Of a stretch of DNA of 64,000 nucleotides, positions 1 through 11,185 are shown piece after piece. Every line of letters begins with the position of its first letter. The first letter of the stretch is position 1. The notes beneath the pieces were generated by a model. The model was not told the origin of the DNA. It searched no databases and saw only the letters and a list, made by a program, of their open reading frames with translations. Source of the DNA: Balamuthia mandrillaris (taxonomy: Eukaryota); NCBI GenBank assembly GCA_031835245.2, contig JAVKOQ020000104.1, forward strand, positions 1 through 64,000, in the 5' to 3' direction. The translations under genes were made by a program, and so were the position numbers.

Positions 1-966
1 AAGGTGTTGAATGAGCTTTCAGACTAACTTTGTATCATCTATCTATCCTTTCTTTCCCTTTTCCTCTCTTATCTTTTCCTTGCTTTTACATTACTTCCAA
101 AGATTGAAAAAATGCAAAAGAACTTCCATACTTCCAACTTGCTCTTGCTGCCATAATCTCCAGACATGTTTACAACTTTGCTTATGATGTTTCATCTCTT
201 GAGCTCTGTTGCATTTCTTTCCACTTGACAGGAGCTTTGTTGTACAGTCTTCTATAATCAGCTTTCTGACTTGTTCTTCATCTCCATTGTTCACACTCCA
301 GATTCTAAAGCAATCTTCCCAAAGATTTGAACATCTTAATAGGAAGTGTTCTGCTGTTTCTTCCTCAGCATTGCATGCAGGGCACTTACTGTTCTCTTCA
401 GACTGCTGAATGGCTCCCCACTTTTTCCATGGGCAGTCTATCACAGCGAATAGCATTCATCAATCATTCCTTCCTTGGGTTGATAATCACTAAGCTCTGT
501 TGTTGTCCAACCAAACATCTTCCATTTGTCAAGAAGTTATGCCATAGCTATGCTCTTGTTCCTCTTTCTCCTTCAACTGCATACTCTGCCTTAGGCTGAG
601 AACCTCATCCTCTTGGCTTTCTTTTCAATGTCACTCAACCCTTCACTTCCCTCACCTTCTCTCTTCTCACCTTCCTCTTCCCTTGCTTGGCTTATCTCTT
701 CCAGAAGCTCAAAGTGCCCATCTTGCCTCTCAGCATGGCGAATTACTACTTGCCTTTCCAACTCACAGTAGGCCTTGATGGTCAACCAGCCCAATTCTGC
801 TCTACAAACCCCTGCCACAGTCCTTCAATGAACTTGCAATACACTTCTTGCTGTCTCATTCCACACAGCTTTGATCTTCTTCCACCATGATTTGGAAAGC
901 TCTGTCATGCAAAGTCCATATGACAAGGTAGACTTGACAATGGCCTCTGCAGCAATCTGGGCAGTA
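1..966 (-). mobile_element. Degenerate non-LTR retrotransposon: post-RT region, C-terminal zinc finger and 3' UTR
   Basis: Minus-strand fragments AIVKSTLSYGL, CRAELGWLTIKA and CPACNAEEETAEHFLLRC (CX2CX7HX4C). Same 3' motif CTCATTCAACACCTT as at 4437, 4743 and 11905. Contains stops and frameshifts. Confidence 0.9.
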
Positions 967-1570
967 CATGTACCCAGCAAACTATGGAGGAATTACCCTC
1001 CTATGCAATGCAGCCAAGGTGTTTGAGGGAGCTATCTTGATGCAGTTGAACATACATACAAGCAAGAGAGCAAGGGTGAATAAGTGTCATCTGCATGAAT
1101 GGGCAGCTCTCTGAGGAATTTCTGGTAAAAAGAGGAGTTAAGCAAGGAGGAGTTTTGTTTCCCTTCTTATTCAATGTGAATGTTGACGTGGTGGCAAGAA
1201 AGCTACAGGTGGCAGAGGAAAAGGAAAGAGGAGATAAAGCAAGGAATGTTTGCTTGTTGTTTGCAGATAATTTGGTAGTGGTGGCCAGCAATTCTTTTGA
1301 GCTTCAAAGAAGACTAAATGTGACAGTGGAGGCAGTGAATGCTCTGGGACTTCAATTCAATGCAAAGAAATCAGTGGTGCTATTACAAGGAAAGAAAGCT
1401 TGCTTCCAAGAGTGAAGACTAAAGGGGGAAGCTGTGAAACATGTGAAGGAGGTCAAGTACCTGAGACTGTGGTTTGAAGAAAGTGGTGAGTGGACAACCC
1501 ATGCCAAGGAGAGGATCACCAAGGCCACGCAAGCCCTCTACAGCCTTGGGCAGTGGGGAGCCAGGGGATC
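967..1570 (+). mobile_element. Inverted, partly deleted reverse transcriptase segment of the same LINE copy
   Basis: PANYGGITLLCNAAKVFE, GVKQGGVLFPFLFN and LLFADNLVV (FADD mutated to FADN). Colinear LINE sequence flanks it on the opposite strand. Confidence 0.9.
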
Positions 1571-2281
1571 TCCTGCCTTATGCAATGGGATAACCACCCC
1601 CTGTTTCCACTCCTTGGGGAACACGCCTTGGTTCTCAATGGCCTTGATCAGTGTCCAAGTTGCATCTTGCACATGTTAACCTCCATACTTCATCATTTCC
1701 CCATCAATATTATCCACTCCAGCTGCTTTGCCCACCCTCAATCTTTTCCTCCATGCAAGATTAAAGCTCTCCTTCTTAAGCCAGTTGCTTCCGGACCAAG
1801 ATCCTTCTGGACCTGCTTCCTCTCGACGCAAGCTCCTGATGGAAGAATCCTTCCCTCCCAGCTTTGCCCAATGTTCCTAGAAGGCTGCCATGCTACCATG
1901 ATGCTTAATAACAGCTTTGGGCTCTGCTCTACGCTTTGTCACTATCCTCTACATGTTGCCAATCCATTTCTGCATTTCCTTGATGTTCTCTTTCACTTCA
2001 TCCAGTCCCATTTGTTGGCTCTTCACAACTTCACAAACCTTTTCCTAAGTTCCACAAAATCCTCTCTAGCCTTTCCATCATTCTTTCCTTCTCTCAGCCA
2101 CTGAGCATGGGCTTTCACCACCTGCTTGTTCAAGGATGTTAACTCTGCCGTCCACCATGGCTTCCTTGCCCAGCTTGTTGTTGCTCCAACCAGTCTCCTT
2201 TCTCTATCAAACCATCTCATCACACTATCCTACAATCCTTTTTTCCACTTGCTCTAAAGATCTTCAACTATAGCTGCTTCC
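1567..2281 (-). mobile_element. LINE ORF2 fragment (endonuclease-RT linker to start of RT)
   Basis: KPWWTAEL and FPKEWKQGVVIPLHKAGD motifs. 2227-2281 is homologous to about 9578-9632. Confidence 0.85.
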
Positions 2282-2287
2282 TAAAAA

Positions 2288-3643
2288 ATGCGGAAAAATA
2301 GGACTCTGCCACGCAAGAGCACTGAATTGATTGACAGTCAGGAGAGGGAACAGGTCCTACGTCGATGGGTGGATCTGGCCATGAAGGAACGTCTTAGACT
2401 GGGGACCCTAAACGGTAATCGTTCGTGGAAGCCCGCTTTGCAAGCTGTGCAAAAAGAGACAAAGATCCCCGAGTGTTTTGTCAAAGGGGACAAGCTAAAT
2501 CAGTTTCTGGAGGAAGCGTTCAAGTTTGCGGTGGAAAAGTATGGGCACCTGAACACTACCACAGTCAAGATTCCTTCTCCCAGGGTGAACCAAAAGGAGG
2601 AGGACGACAGAGGGGCAGAGGATCAGTGTAACTCGGTAGCGGATTCGCCCCGCCGAGAGGAAGGGACAAGTGTTGTGCCCAAGGGGAAGATTGATTCGGA
2701 CTCAGTCAGTGCAGCCGGCGTTAAGGAGCGAACCAATAGTCAAGTGGCGCTGCTGTTTGATTGTATTAGCCGTGTTTCTCACGAGTGTGGTAAGCTCTCC
2801 GAGGCAGGCGTACTCTCACTCGCAGTGATTGTACGATTCAGGGACCTGATTGAATCCCTCGACAAGGAGATCAATAATCTTATGGTGGAAAAAGGAAGTG
2901 CAAATAGTACCAAAGGCGGCCTTACTCTGGGTTCCCAACGGTCTTACGCGGAGGTGGTCGGATCAGCTCCGCGGTGTGATATGATTACTGCGGAAAGGAA
3001 TTTCCCTCCAACGGCAACTACGGTCAGCGCGCCAAGCTTGGAATACTGGAAGGAAGAAATGGCAAAGGAACAAGGGATATGTTGGCAGGATAACTCCAAC
3101 ATATACAGGAGGACGTGGACCAAAGATACAGTAACCGACCCGAACTATTGGTCTACAGTAAAACCAAAGTATGGCTTTGCCAGTCCCTACTCCAAGGTAG
3201 GGGCGGTGGAGGGCAGATCGATTGTGGTGAGCGGTAAGGACCTTAAGAAGGAAAAGGTAAGTGAGAGGATCTTCGAGCTGGGGCTCAAGCACGTCGGAGT
3301 GTGGAAAGTAGGAGAGAAGAATGGCACGCAGCATTGGGGAGTTACTTTGGAGACGGCCCAGGCTGCCGAAGACATTATTGCGGAAAGAGCCAGGCTGTAT
3401 GCTTTTACCCGCTGGTGGGTGGGCAAAGCCCGAATTGAAGAAGCCAAGAATGAAGGTAAACCGCTGTGGAAGCCTAAAGAGCAAAGAAAGATGGAGAAGA
3501 AGAAGGAAAAGGAGGAGAATGTTGGAACAGTGGCCTTGGACAGCTCTTTGGAACTCTCAAGCATCGCGCTGGCTGAGGAGGAGTATCATGGTGCTGCCAA
3601 CTGGTCTGACATTGTGGAGGAGGAAGGAGAGGAGACCCAATGA
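2288..3643 (+). CDS. LINE ORF1 protein (coiled-coil plus probable RRM)
   Basis: Intact 451-aa intronless ORF directly upstream of an APE ORF. RSYAEVV motif and RRM-like SIVVSG...WGVTLETAQAAEDII. Degenerate homolog at 9894-11150 (-). Confidence 0.85.
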   Translation: MRKNRTLPRKSTELIDSQEREQVLRRWVDLAMKERLRLGTLNGNRSWKPALQAVQKETKIPECFVKGDKLNQFLEEAFKFAVEKYGHLNTTTVKIPSPRVNQKEEDDRGAEDQCNSVADSPRREEGTSVVPKGKIDSDSVSAAGVKERTNSQVALLFDCISRVSHECGKLSEAGVLSLAVIVRFRDLIESLDKEINNLMVEKGSANSTKGGLTLGSQRSYAEVVGSAPRCDMITAERNFPPTATTVSAPSLEYWKEEMAKEQGICWQDNSNIYRRTWTKDTVTDPNYWSTVKPKYGFASPYSKVGAVEGRSIVVSGKDLKKEKVSERIFELGLKHVGVWKVGEKNGTQHWGVTLETAQAAEDIIAERARLYAFTRWWVGKARIEEAKNEGKPLWKPKEQRKMEKKKEKEENVGTVALDSSLELSSIALAEEEYHGAANWSDIVEEEGEETQ

Positions 3644-4368
3644 CTTCAGTAGCGTTTGTCAACTCTAGGGGCTGGGGACAAGAGGAATTGGTCAGCTGTT
3701 GGGCTGACAGTAAGCAATTTGACATTATTGGAGTGTGCGAACATAGGAGGATGGTTGCCCCTCGATTGGAGGGGTATCGGTGGATGGGTGGAGGGGCTGC
3801 TCCAGGGAGGAGTGGCTATGGAAGGGGTGGCGCAGGTTTCTTTGTTCGAGAGGGCTTCAAGGGGAACATCGGAGAAAGGAAAGAGTGGCGAACACCCAAC
3901 TCCACTTGGGTGGAACTGGCGGGACAGGGTTGCATCTTTATAATCGGTATAGTGTATCTCCCTCCAGGAGGTACCGTGGACAACTTTAAGGTCACCTTGG
4001 CTGCGATTGAGAAAAGAATCCTGGACGTGGTCAAGGAAGGAAGACCCCTGATTATTGGAGGTGATTGGAACGCCAGGGTTGGAAAGGGATGGAATGGTAG
4101 AGGTGAATCTACTTACAACACGAGAGGAAAGGTGTTGGTGGAGGCTTTCAAAAGGCTGGCCCTCTCGTTGCCTCAGCTCGAAGAGGAAGCGCCAGTATTT
4201 ACATGGAGAGCTGGAAAACGAAAGAGCATTGTGGACTATGTGGTAGCATCTCAAGAGATGGAACAATGTAAGCAAAGTTGTAAACGAGTCTGGAGATTAT
4301 GGGCAGCAAGAGCAAGTTGGAAGCATGGAAGTTCTTCTGCATTTTATCAGTCTTTGGAAGTAATGTAA
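3640..4368 (+). CDS. Truncated LINE ORF2: AP-like endonuclease lacking the final D-H motif, fused in frame to the last ~35 aa of ORF2
   Basis: APE motifs VNSRG, GVCEH, IVYLPP, IGGDWNA, FTW and SIVDYVV. After about 4250 the sequence matches the extreme 3' end of the copies at 91-205 and 11705-11829. Confidence 0.85.
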   Translation: MTSVAFVNSRGWGQEELVSCWADSKQFDIIGVCEHRRMVAPRLEGYRWMGGGAAPGRSGYGRGGAGFFVREGFKGNIGERKEWRTPNSTWVELAGQGCIFIIGIVYLPPGGTVDNFKVTLAAIEKRILDVVKEGRPLIIGGDWNARVGKGWNGRGESTYNTRGKVLVEAFKRLALSLPQLEEEAPVFTWRAGKRKSIVDYVVASQEMEQCKQSCKRVWRLWAARASWKHGSSSAFYQSLEVM

Positions 4369-4606
4369 GCAAGGAAAAGAGGAAAAAGGAAAGGGAAAGA
4401 AAAGGATAGCTAGATGATACAAAGTTGGTCTGAAATCTCATTCAACACCTTTCACTTGTGAATTGAGTAACAATTGGGAAGGCATTGAGGATGAGGGAGT
4501 AAGAAAAGTAAGAGTACACTATGTATGTACAAGGCTTACTTTTTATGTATAGATTGGTGTTGCTCTCAGAGCAAATAAACTTTTTATTACTACTACTAAC
4601 TACTAA

Positions 4607-4830
4607 GGATCATAGGAAGTTTGAAGAGGAAGAGAGGAGGAGAGAGAGAAAGAGAGAAAAACAAAACAAAAGGTAAAAACAAGAGGAAAGAGAAATAAGG
4701 AAAGTGTTAGAAATCATAGATAATACAAAGCTAGTCTGATAGCTCATTCAACACCTTTCACTTGTAATATAACAATTGGGAAGGTGCCGCTAGGGATGAG
4801 AGCAAGAGAAGTAAGAGTGTACTAAGTATA
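4607..4830 (+). mobile_element. Second LINE 3' UTR fragment (diverged subfamily)
   Basis: GATAATACAAAGCTAGTCTGATAGCTCATTCAACACCTTTCACTTGT...AACAATTGGGAAGG repeats 4413-4520. Confidence 0.8.
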
Positions 4831-4859
4831 TAATATTTCACTCAGTGGAGTAATTAATG

Positions 4860-7090
4860 AATCAGAGTATGAGTATAAAGTGTACTGTATTGTGCAAGGC
4901 GTCTGGGCTGTCTCTGAGAAACAATTGGCACAGAAGAAGTTGAGTTTGCTGCAGGAGTGGTTGTTGCAGCGACTTAAGGGAGAAGAAGCAGTGTGAGTGG
5001 CTTGAGGTAGAGGCAGAGAAAGAGGAGGAGGTGAGTTAGGATACGTTGAAGAATGAGAAGAAGCTTAAAAAGAAGAGGAAGAGGAGGAGGTGGATGAGTA
5101 TATTCTGAGAAGATGGAGATGGTGGAGGAAGTTTTCCTTGCCTGGTGTGCTGGCTTAGGCACAATTAGTTCCTCATTTTGGTACCAAGGGTTGGGCCACC
5201 ATGTCCTCTTGCTTCCTAGTGGAGCCTCCATGCCATAATGGCCTTGTGTCTTTACATAGGTTGTAGAGGCAGGGCTAGTAGGCAGCTTGTGCTTATATGC
5301 AGCTTTATTGCTAGTGGGTGATTTTGCCTTGTTGTTCTTTCTGGGAGCCTTGACGCCTATTGCTGAAGGGACTTTCTTTTTGCCAGTTGTGGCTTGCAGT
5401 TGTGTGGTTTGGCTGATGGAAGTTGCTTTGGTTGGCTGTTTTCCAAATTTGCAGAAATAGCTTTGCTGAGCTCTGCTGCTTGAATGGTTTCTTCTTCCAT
5501 CTAATTGGGAGCACAAAATGTTTCTCTGGGTTTCTTGGTCTACTCCAAGTATTAAAACAACCAATGCTGAACTTTTCCTATGAAGAGAAAAGGCGACTAG
5601 ATGAGGAATAGAACTTGGCTCCATTCAGGATGCTCTTTTACACTATCATTCACCTCAGCTTCATCATCATGAGCCTCTTCTTCCTCCTCCTCCTCTTCCT
5701 TTTCCTCTTCTTCCTTCTCTTCCTTCTCCTCTTCTTTATCTGCATCTGCTGCTTTCACCTCATCTGGGTGACAATGATCATCATCAGTGCCCTTCTCTTT
5801 GTTATCATCGCTGGTGTTGTCCTCATAGACACAGTCACTATCATCACTGGAAGTGTTGGTAGGGTCAGAGTCACTGTTATCACTGGGATTGCTTTCTACT
5901 GCAGCAGGATTGGTGGGAATTCACACAGAAGCAGATTGTTGACGGTCAAAAGGACAGCTTTCTGGTGGGAACTCCCTTTGAAAGTAGTAGCTCAGCACAA
6001 AAATGTGCTTACACCATTTGCCAGTGCAACAGTAGAAGTTGCAACTATAGTGTCAAGGGTCGAAACACACATAGTATTCACCAAAGGAGAAGTGACAATG
6101 GGTCATCAAAGAGAAGTAGCCTTCCTGTACCAGTTTCCAGCCCTTCACTTGCCTTATCCAGAGTGCACAGATACTCCAGTTTCTTTTTGGCTGCCAATCT
6201 CTGCTGAAACACCGGATCATGCAATGCAACAGTCATTTTTCCTAAGATAACCAGCATTGCTTCTGGTGCTTTGGCCTTTTTTTGATGGAAGTCCAGCTGC
6301 ACTACATTCTTCCATAAAGCTTTCATCACATTGTTGGTGTTGTACAAGCTCTAAAACCAGGGCGAACTCTGGTCATCCATGCATCTTTTCGATCAGCAGA
6401 CAACCAGTTGGCTTTGAAGTATATGTAAAAGTCACCAAATGACAATTCGAGCAGCTTAAGCACCTCCTCTTCCTCTTCCTTTGTCAGAGCATGCTGAACA
6501 CGTTTCAACAAAGCCATGATCACCGATTGGTCGGTGAGGATAAAGGAACATTGCACAGTGTTAGTAACAATGAAATTGAAGACAAAAGGAAATAAGAGGA
6601 AACAACACTGGTACTGTCTTTGTGATGCAAGGTTTTTTGCCTTCATTGTTTTGTATGTGAAACTCACACAAAAGAAAAGAAAAACCTGCATCTACCACAG
6701 CCTTTCAGATTGTCCTATCCTTGTCCATCATTATAATGGGTTCTAGTTGATGTCTGGGAAGTCAGCTGCCATCTTTGTTTGGAGCAGCTGAAGGAAAAAG
6801 GTAATTGCTTCTGCCTTGGCCTCGTTAGTAATAACAAAGCCCACGGGCCATAGATGACCAAGTTCATCCAACTACCAAGCCTCACACTGGGAGCTCTGCT
6901 TTGAAAAGCTTCCAGATTGCATCAAGTCCCACAATGGCCTGGCCCCACACTTCCAGAAGCATTCCTGCATGGGGTGCCAGAAGAATGATCATCCAAGTTT
7001 TTTGCAGTTGCTGCTGTATGCAAAAGTATCCTTCTCTGAGGTTCCACCAAGGCCAAGCAACAAAGGGGGTCATAGTTTCTCAGGACAACG
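4860..7090 (-). mobile_element. Degenerate Mutator/MULE DNA transposase
   Basis: Frameshifted DDE core IVGLDAIWK...DELGHLWPVGFVITNE...PIIMMDKD, then YFKANWL...TNNVM, a SWIM-like WCKHIF near 6000, and an acidic then basic tail. Confidence 0.8.
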
Positions 7091-7334
7091 TGTTGGTAAA
7101 ATTTTACATATTATTCAAAGAAGAACAAGGGAACAAAGGGTGTCAAGAGGGGAAAGTGTGATGTGAACAAAACAAAACTAACTAACTAAAAGAAAGAGAG
7201 AAGGAAGCAATGGAATAAAAGAAAAAAGCCTAGCAAATTGGCAGCAGGTGATTGGTCCATGTTGTAGATGTCGACAGAAAGGAAAGGAAAGGAAAGGAGC
7301 AACAGAACTAATATGTTGAGAGTAATTCTCAACA
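7091..7334 (-). mobile_element. LTR (family A), probably the 3' LTR of the adjacent gag-bearing element
   Basis: TGTTG...CAACA termini. 7106-7334 is homologous to 11225-11451. Preceded on the minus strand by purine-rich AGAAGAGTGA (PPT-like). Confidence 0.7.
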
Positions 7335-8575
7335 TCACTCTTCTGCTAGAGTGAGGCATAGGGGTCATGGTCAAGTGAGTCTTCTACCAGTTCATTGATA
7401 GCACAGCAGTACTCGTAATAGCTGTCAACGTCATCACACTTCAAATAAGAAAGAGTAGCAGAGGGACCAGGAGGAGGGCCAGAGCGGATAGCAATAGCAG
7501 GAGAAGAGTCATCATCATCATCATCATCATTCTCCTCTGTCTCTTCCTCTTTAGGTTAGGACATCATTGGGAGGGTCATCATCATTGTAACCAGTAGTTA
7601 GGGCAAATAGGCCAGATGAGTTCTTGTTGGTCTTGTTAGGGCAAGAAGATGCAAGGTGACCTTGTTGCTTGTATTTATAGCATGTGCATTCCTCAGCAGT
7701 AAGCATGGAAGAAGTTGGTTAAGAAAAGGAGGTGAGGTAGTAGAAGGCAATGGAGAGGGCGAGTGTGCAAGTTGGATAGCCTGCAAATTAGCTTCCATAG
7801 CTATCACAGTAGCAACAGCTTCATTGAAGTCGTTGGGCGGGTTGGTTGCAAAAGCAGATGCTAAACATAGTCAAAGGTCCTTATTAACTGCATTACACAG
7901 CATAGAGGCCAGAAAGTCCGATGGTGGCAGTGGAATAATCTAATCACATGTCTCCAAGATTTTCTCACTGATAGAACAGACAGACTCCATAGGGCCAGCT
8001 TGTAGGTAACAGAGCTTTTTGTAGGCAACAAAGTTTGAGCTTTGTGGGACAAAATGGTTAAAAAAGATTGCTTTAACTGAGGTCCATGGAGTTCTGGGGA
8101 GATCGAGGTGGGAGAGAGCCCAGGCTTTGGCAGAAGGGTTGACAATGCTCATGATAAGGGCTTTGTACCAACATTCTGGCAACTAGTTGTCCTGCAAATG
8201 GAACTCGAGGGCACGAATAAAGGTCAACGGGTTGGAAATCTTCAGATTGTCCAGGTCAAACTTGGGGAAAGAATCAGTTCTTCACAAAAGGGGCTGAAGA
8301 AGTAGATGAAGAAGCGGTGCTGCGAGGCAGTTGGTGCGGGGCAAAGGCAGAGGCCAATGCTAATGAGGAAAGAGGCAGACTTGGACTTCATGGGTATTAA
8401 GAAGATTGAGTCATCCTCTGCACAATCTTTTTGGAAAAGAGCTTGTTGCAACGGCAGATTAGATGTCACCGAGGGGGGAACAACAGAAGTAGTAGGGGCA
8501 CCAGGGGACAAGCCAAGCATAAATAGGGATAAATCCTTGACAAGGATAGAAGAAACAAAGCTTCATCCTTTATAG
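7335..8575 (-). mobile_element. Degenerate Ty3/gypsy-like gag
   Basis: AKAWAL...WTSVKAIFFNHFVP...LCYLQAGPMESV (retrotransposon gag pattern) and a mutated zinc knuckle CYKYKQQGHLASSC at about 7640-7685. Confidence 0.75.
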
Positions 8576-8939
8576 TACAGCTAATGAGAAGTGTTTTTCA
8601 TTCTGTAGGAACTTATATTACTGCTTTCACATTCGACAAAAGAAAATATCAAACTGCTGTTTCTTTTTTCAAAGGTCATACAATCTTAATATGAAAATAT
8701 AAATATTCACTATTATACCTTTGGTGTAATTTTTTACCCCAAATATTCAGACTTGTGTAACAAATTGTAATTCATAAATAAACAGAATCTATCGAATGAA
8801 TTTCAATCACTAAAACGAATGCCAATTGGAGGCTATAATTTATTTCGATTAGGAAGATCTCCACCTTTCATAATGAAATACATGAAAAAAGAAAACTCTT
8901 TGATTTGATCTTTGTTTTATACCAAAATGAAAAAAATGA

Positions 8940-9280
8940 AAAAAACAAAGGTTTCAATATCAAAAGCAGAATATATAGCCACTGGAACTGCTGTCAAGGA
9001 AGCTATTGCACTTTAATACTTCTTATGGAACTCACCTAGCCTGATGATATGACTCCCATTTCCAAAGACAACTAAAGTACCATACAAGTGGCGAACAACA
9101 TTGTAATCACAGACAGAACCAATTATATCAACTTCAGGTGCCACTTCATTTTAGAGAAAATCACAGATAAAAATTGAACCTTCTCTACTATCCAACAAAG
9201 AAGCTAGTTGCAGATTGTCCGGAAGCAACTACTATAAGACAAGTTCAAACTGTTTAATTGTAGCTACTGGAATGATTAAC
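8940..9280 (+). mobile_element. Ty1/copia RNase H relic
   Basis: VSISKAEYIA...KEAIAL, KDN*STIQVANN...RTNYINFRCHFILE and YYPTKKLVAD match the copia EAEY / DN / RTKHID / AD motif series. Contains stops and frameshifts. Confidence 0.8.
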
Positions 9281-9389
9281 CTTCCAAATCATTCAACTTG
9301 AATTGATGTATATCAATATGACAAGTTAGATGTTTGAAATGACTAGGATGTTCCTGCCTATTGATTGGTAGAATAATGAAAGTAAAAAT

Positions 9390-11155
9390 GTCCTCTCAAG
9401 TCTTCCTTCTGTCCCTTCTCTCTTTTCCCTTTCCCTTGGTGTCTTCTAAAGCAACGACAGAGATCCTCTCCTGTTGTCTTTCTTTCATTCTTCTAGAACA
9501 CACTCCTTTCTGATCATTTGTCCCTTTCTTTTGTTAAGTTAGACTTTATCAACATCCTATCAGTCTCCTTGCTCTATTCCACAATCGTTTTTTCCACTTG
9601 CTCCAAAGATCTTCAACAGTAGCTGCTTCCTCCTGCGTTTTCCTCACCATGGCTTTTCATTCCTTTCCTTTGAAGAAACACTTGCACCCATGTTGATACT
9701 TCCTCCACCTCCTTTTGCAATCTTCCTCTGAGTAGGACTTTCACTTCCAATGTTCCATTCAAACCTTGTCACAATTATTTGCTGAATCTTACAAATCCAT
9801 TACCAGAGGCTGATGATCAGTATACACTTGTCACTCATCGCCAGCTACCTTGCCCATCAATTTCCATGCTACATAGTCTACAATGCTCTGAAGTCATTAG
9901 GAATCCTCTCCTTGCTCATCCACAATGTCAGACCAGTTGGCAGCACCATGACACTCCTCAGTCAGCACAATGTCAGAGAGTTCCAACAAGCTATTCAAAG
10001 CCACTGTTCCAATATTCTCCTCCTTTTCCTTCCTCTTTTCCCTATTTCTTTGCTCTTTAGGCTTCCACAGTGGTTTGCCTTCCTTCTTGGCTTCTTTGAT
10101 TCAGGCTTTGCTGACCCACCAGTGGGTGAAAACATACAGCCTGGCTCTTTTCACAATAATGTCCCTGGGCTGTCTTACATGCTGTATGCCATTTTTCTCT
10201 CCATAATCAGTCTCCCCTCCACAGCTCCTACCTTGGAGTAGGAACTGGCAAAGCTATACTTTGGTTTTTACTGTAGACCATAAGTTCACAATAGTTACTG
10301 TATCCTTGGTCCATGTTCTTCTGTATATGTTGGAGTAACCCTGCCAACAAATCTCTTGATCTTCTGCAATTTCTTCCTTCCAGTATTCAAGCTTAGTGCA
10401 CTAGCTAGTTACCGTTGGAGGGAAATTCCTTTCCACAGTAATCTAGTGACACTGCAGAGCAGATCCAACCACCTCCCTGTATCACCATTGATAATGGTGG
10501 GAATCCAGAGCAGGGCCGCCTTTGGTACTTTTTGCACATCCTTTTTCCTATGCCATAAGATTATTGATCCCCTAGACAAGAGATTCAATCAGGTCTCTAA
10601 ATCGTACAATCACTGCAAGTGAAAGTATGCCTGCCTCAAAGAGCTTACTACACTCATGAGAAACACTGTTAATACAATCAAACAGTAGTGCCATTTGATG
10701 TTGATTCACTCCTTAACATATTTCGCACTGACCAAGTCCGAATTATTCTTTCTCTCAGGTGCAATACTGGTCCCTTCTTCTTGGTGAGTTGAATTCACTA
10801 CCAAGTTACACTTATCCTCTGCACCTATGTCATCCTCCTCCTTTTGGTTAGCCCTTTGGGAAGGAGGAAACTTGACTGTGGTAGTATTCAAGTGCCTATA
10901 CTTTTTCACTGTCAACTTGAACACTTCCTTCAAATATTGATTTAACTTGTCTCCTTTGACAAAACACTTGGAGATCTTTGCCTCTTTTTGCACAGTTTGC
11001 AAAGCAGGCTTCCACAAGATTACCATATAGGGTCCCTTGTTTAATACATTCCTTCATGGCCAGATCCACCCATCAATGCAAGACACATTCCCTCTCCTAA
11101 CTGCCAATCAATTCGGTGCTCTTGTGTGTTAGTGCCCTATTTTTCTGCATTCTTT
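9390..11155 (-). mobile_element. Old LINE copy: decayed ORF1, APE almost wholly deleted, APE C-terminus (TDH) and linker retained
   Basis: Colinear with 2288-3648, then jumps to the SIVDY region followed by VYTDHQPLV. 9578-9632 matches 2227-2281. Confidence 0.9.
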
Positions 11156-11185
11156 CACCTCATTTACTGAGTTAAATATATATTT

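Larger units (their letters stand above)
2282..4606 (+). mobile_element. Young, internally deleted non-LTR retrotransposon (ORF1 + APE fused to ORF2 C-terminus + 3' UTR + TAC tail)
   Basis: Two open ORFs overlapping at ATGA (3640-3643). 3' UTR shared with the other copies. AATAAA at 4574-4579, then a (TAC)n-like tail at 4588-4606. Confidence 0.9.

Noticed and set aside
5615..6250. 211-aa hydrophobic membrane-protein ORF
   Set aside because: Antisense shadow of the Glu/Asp-rich part of the MULE relic.
8950..8990. Minus-strand YSAFDIET resembling a family B polymerase Exo I motif (viral or Polinton relic)
   Set aside because: The plus strand of the same bases gives a long series of copia RNase H motifs, and there are no other PolB motifs.
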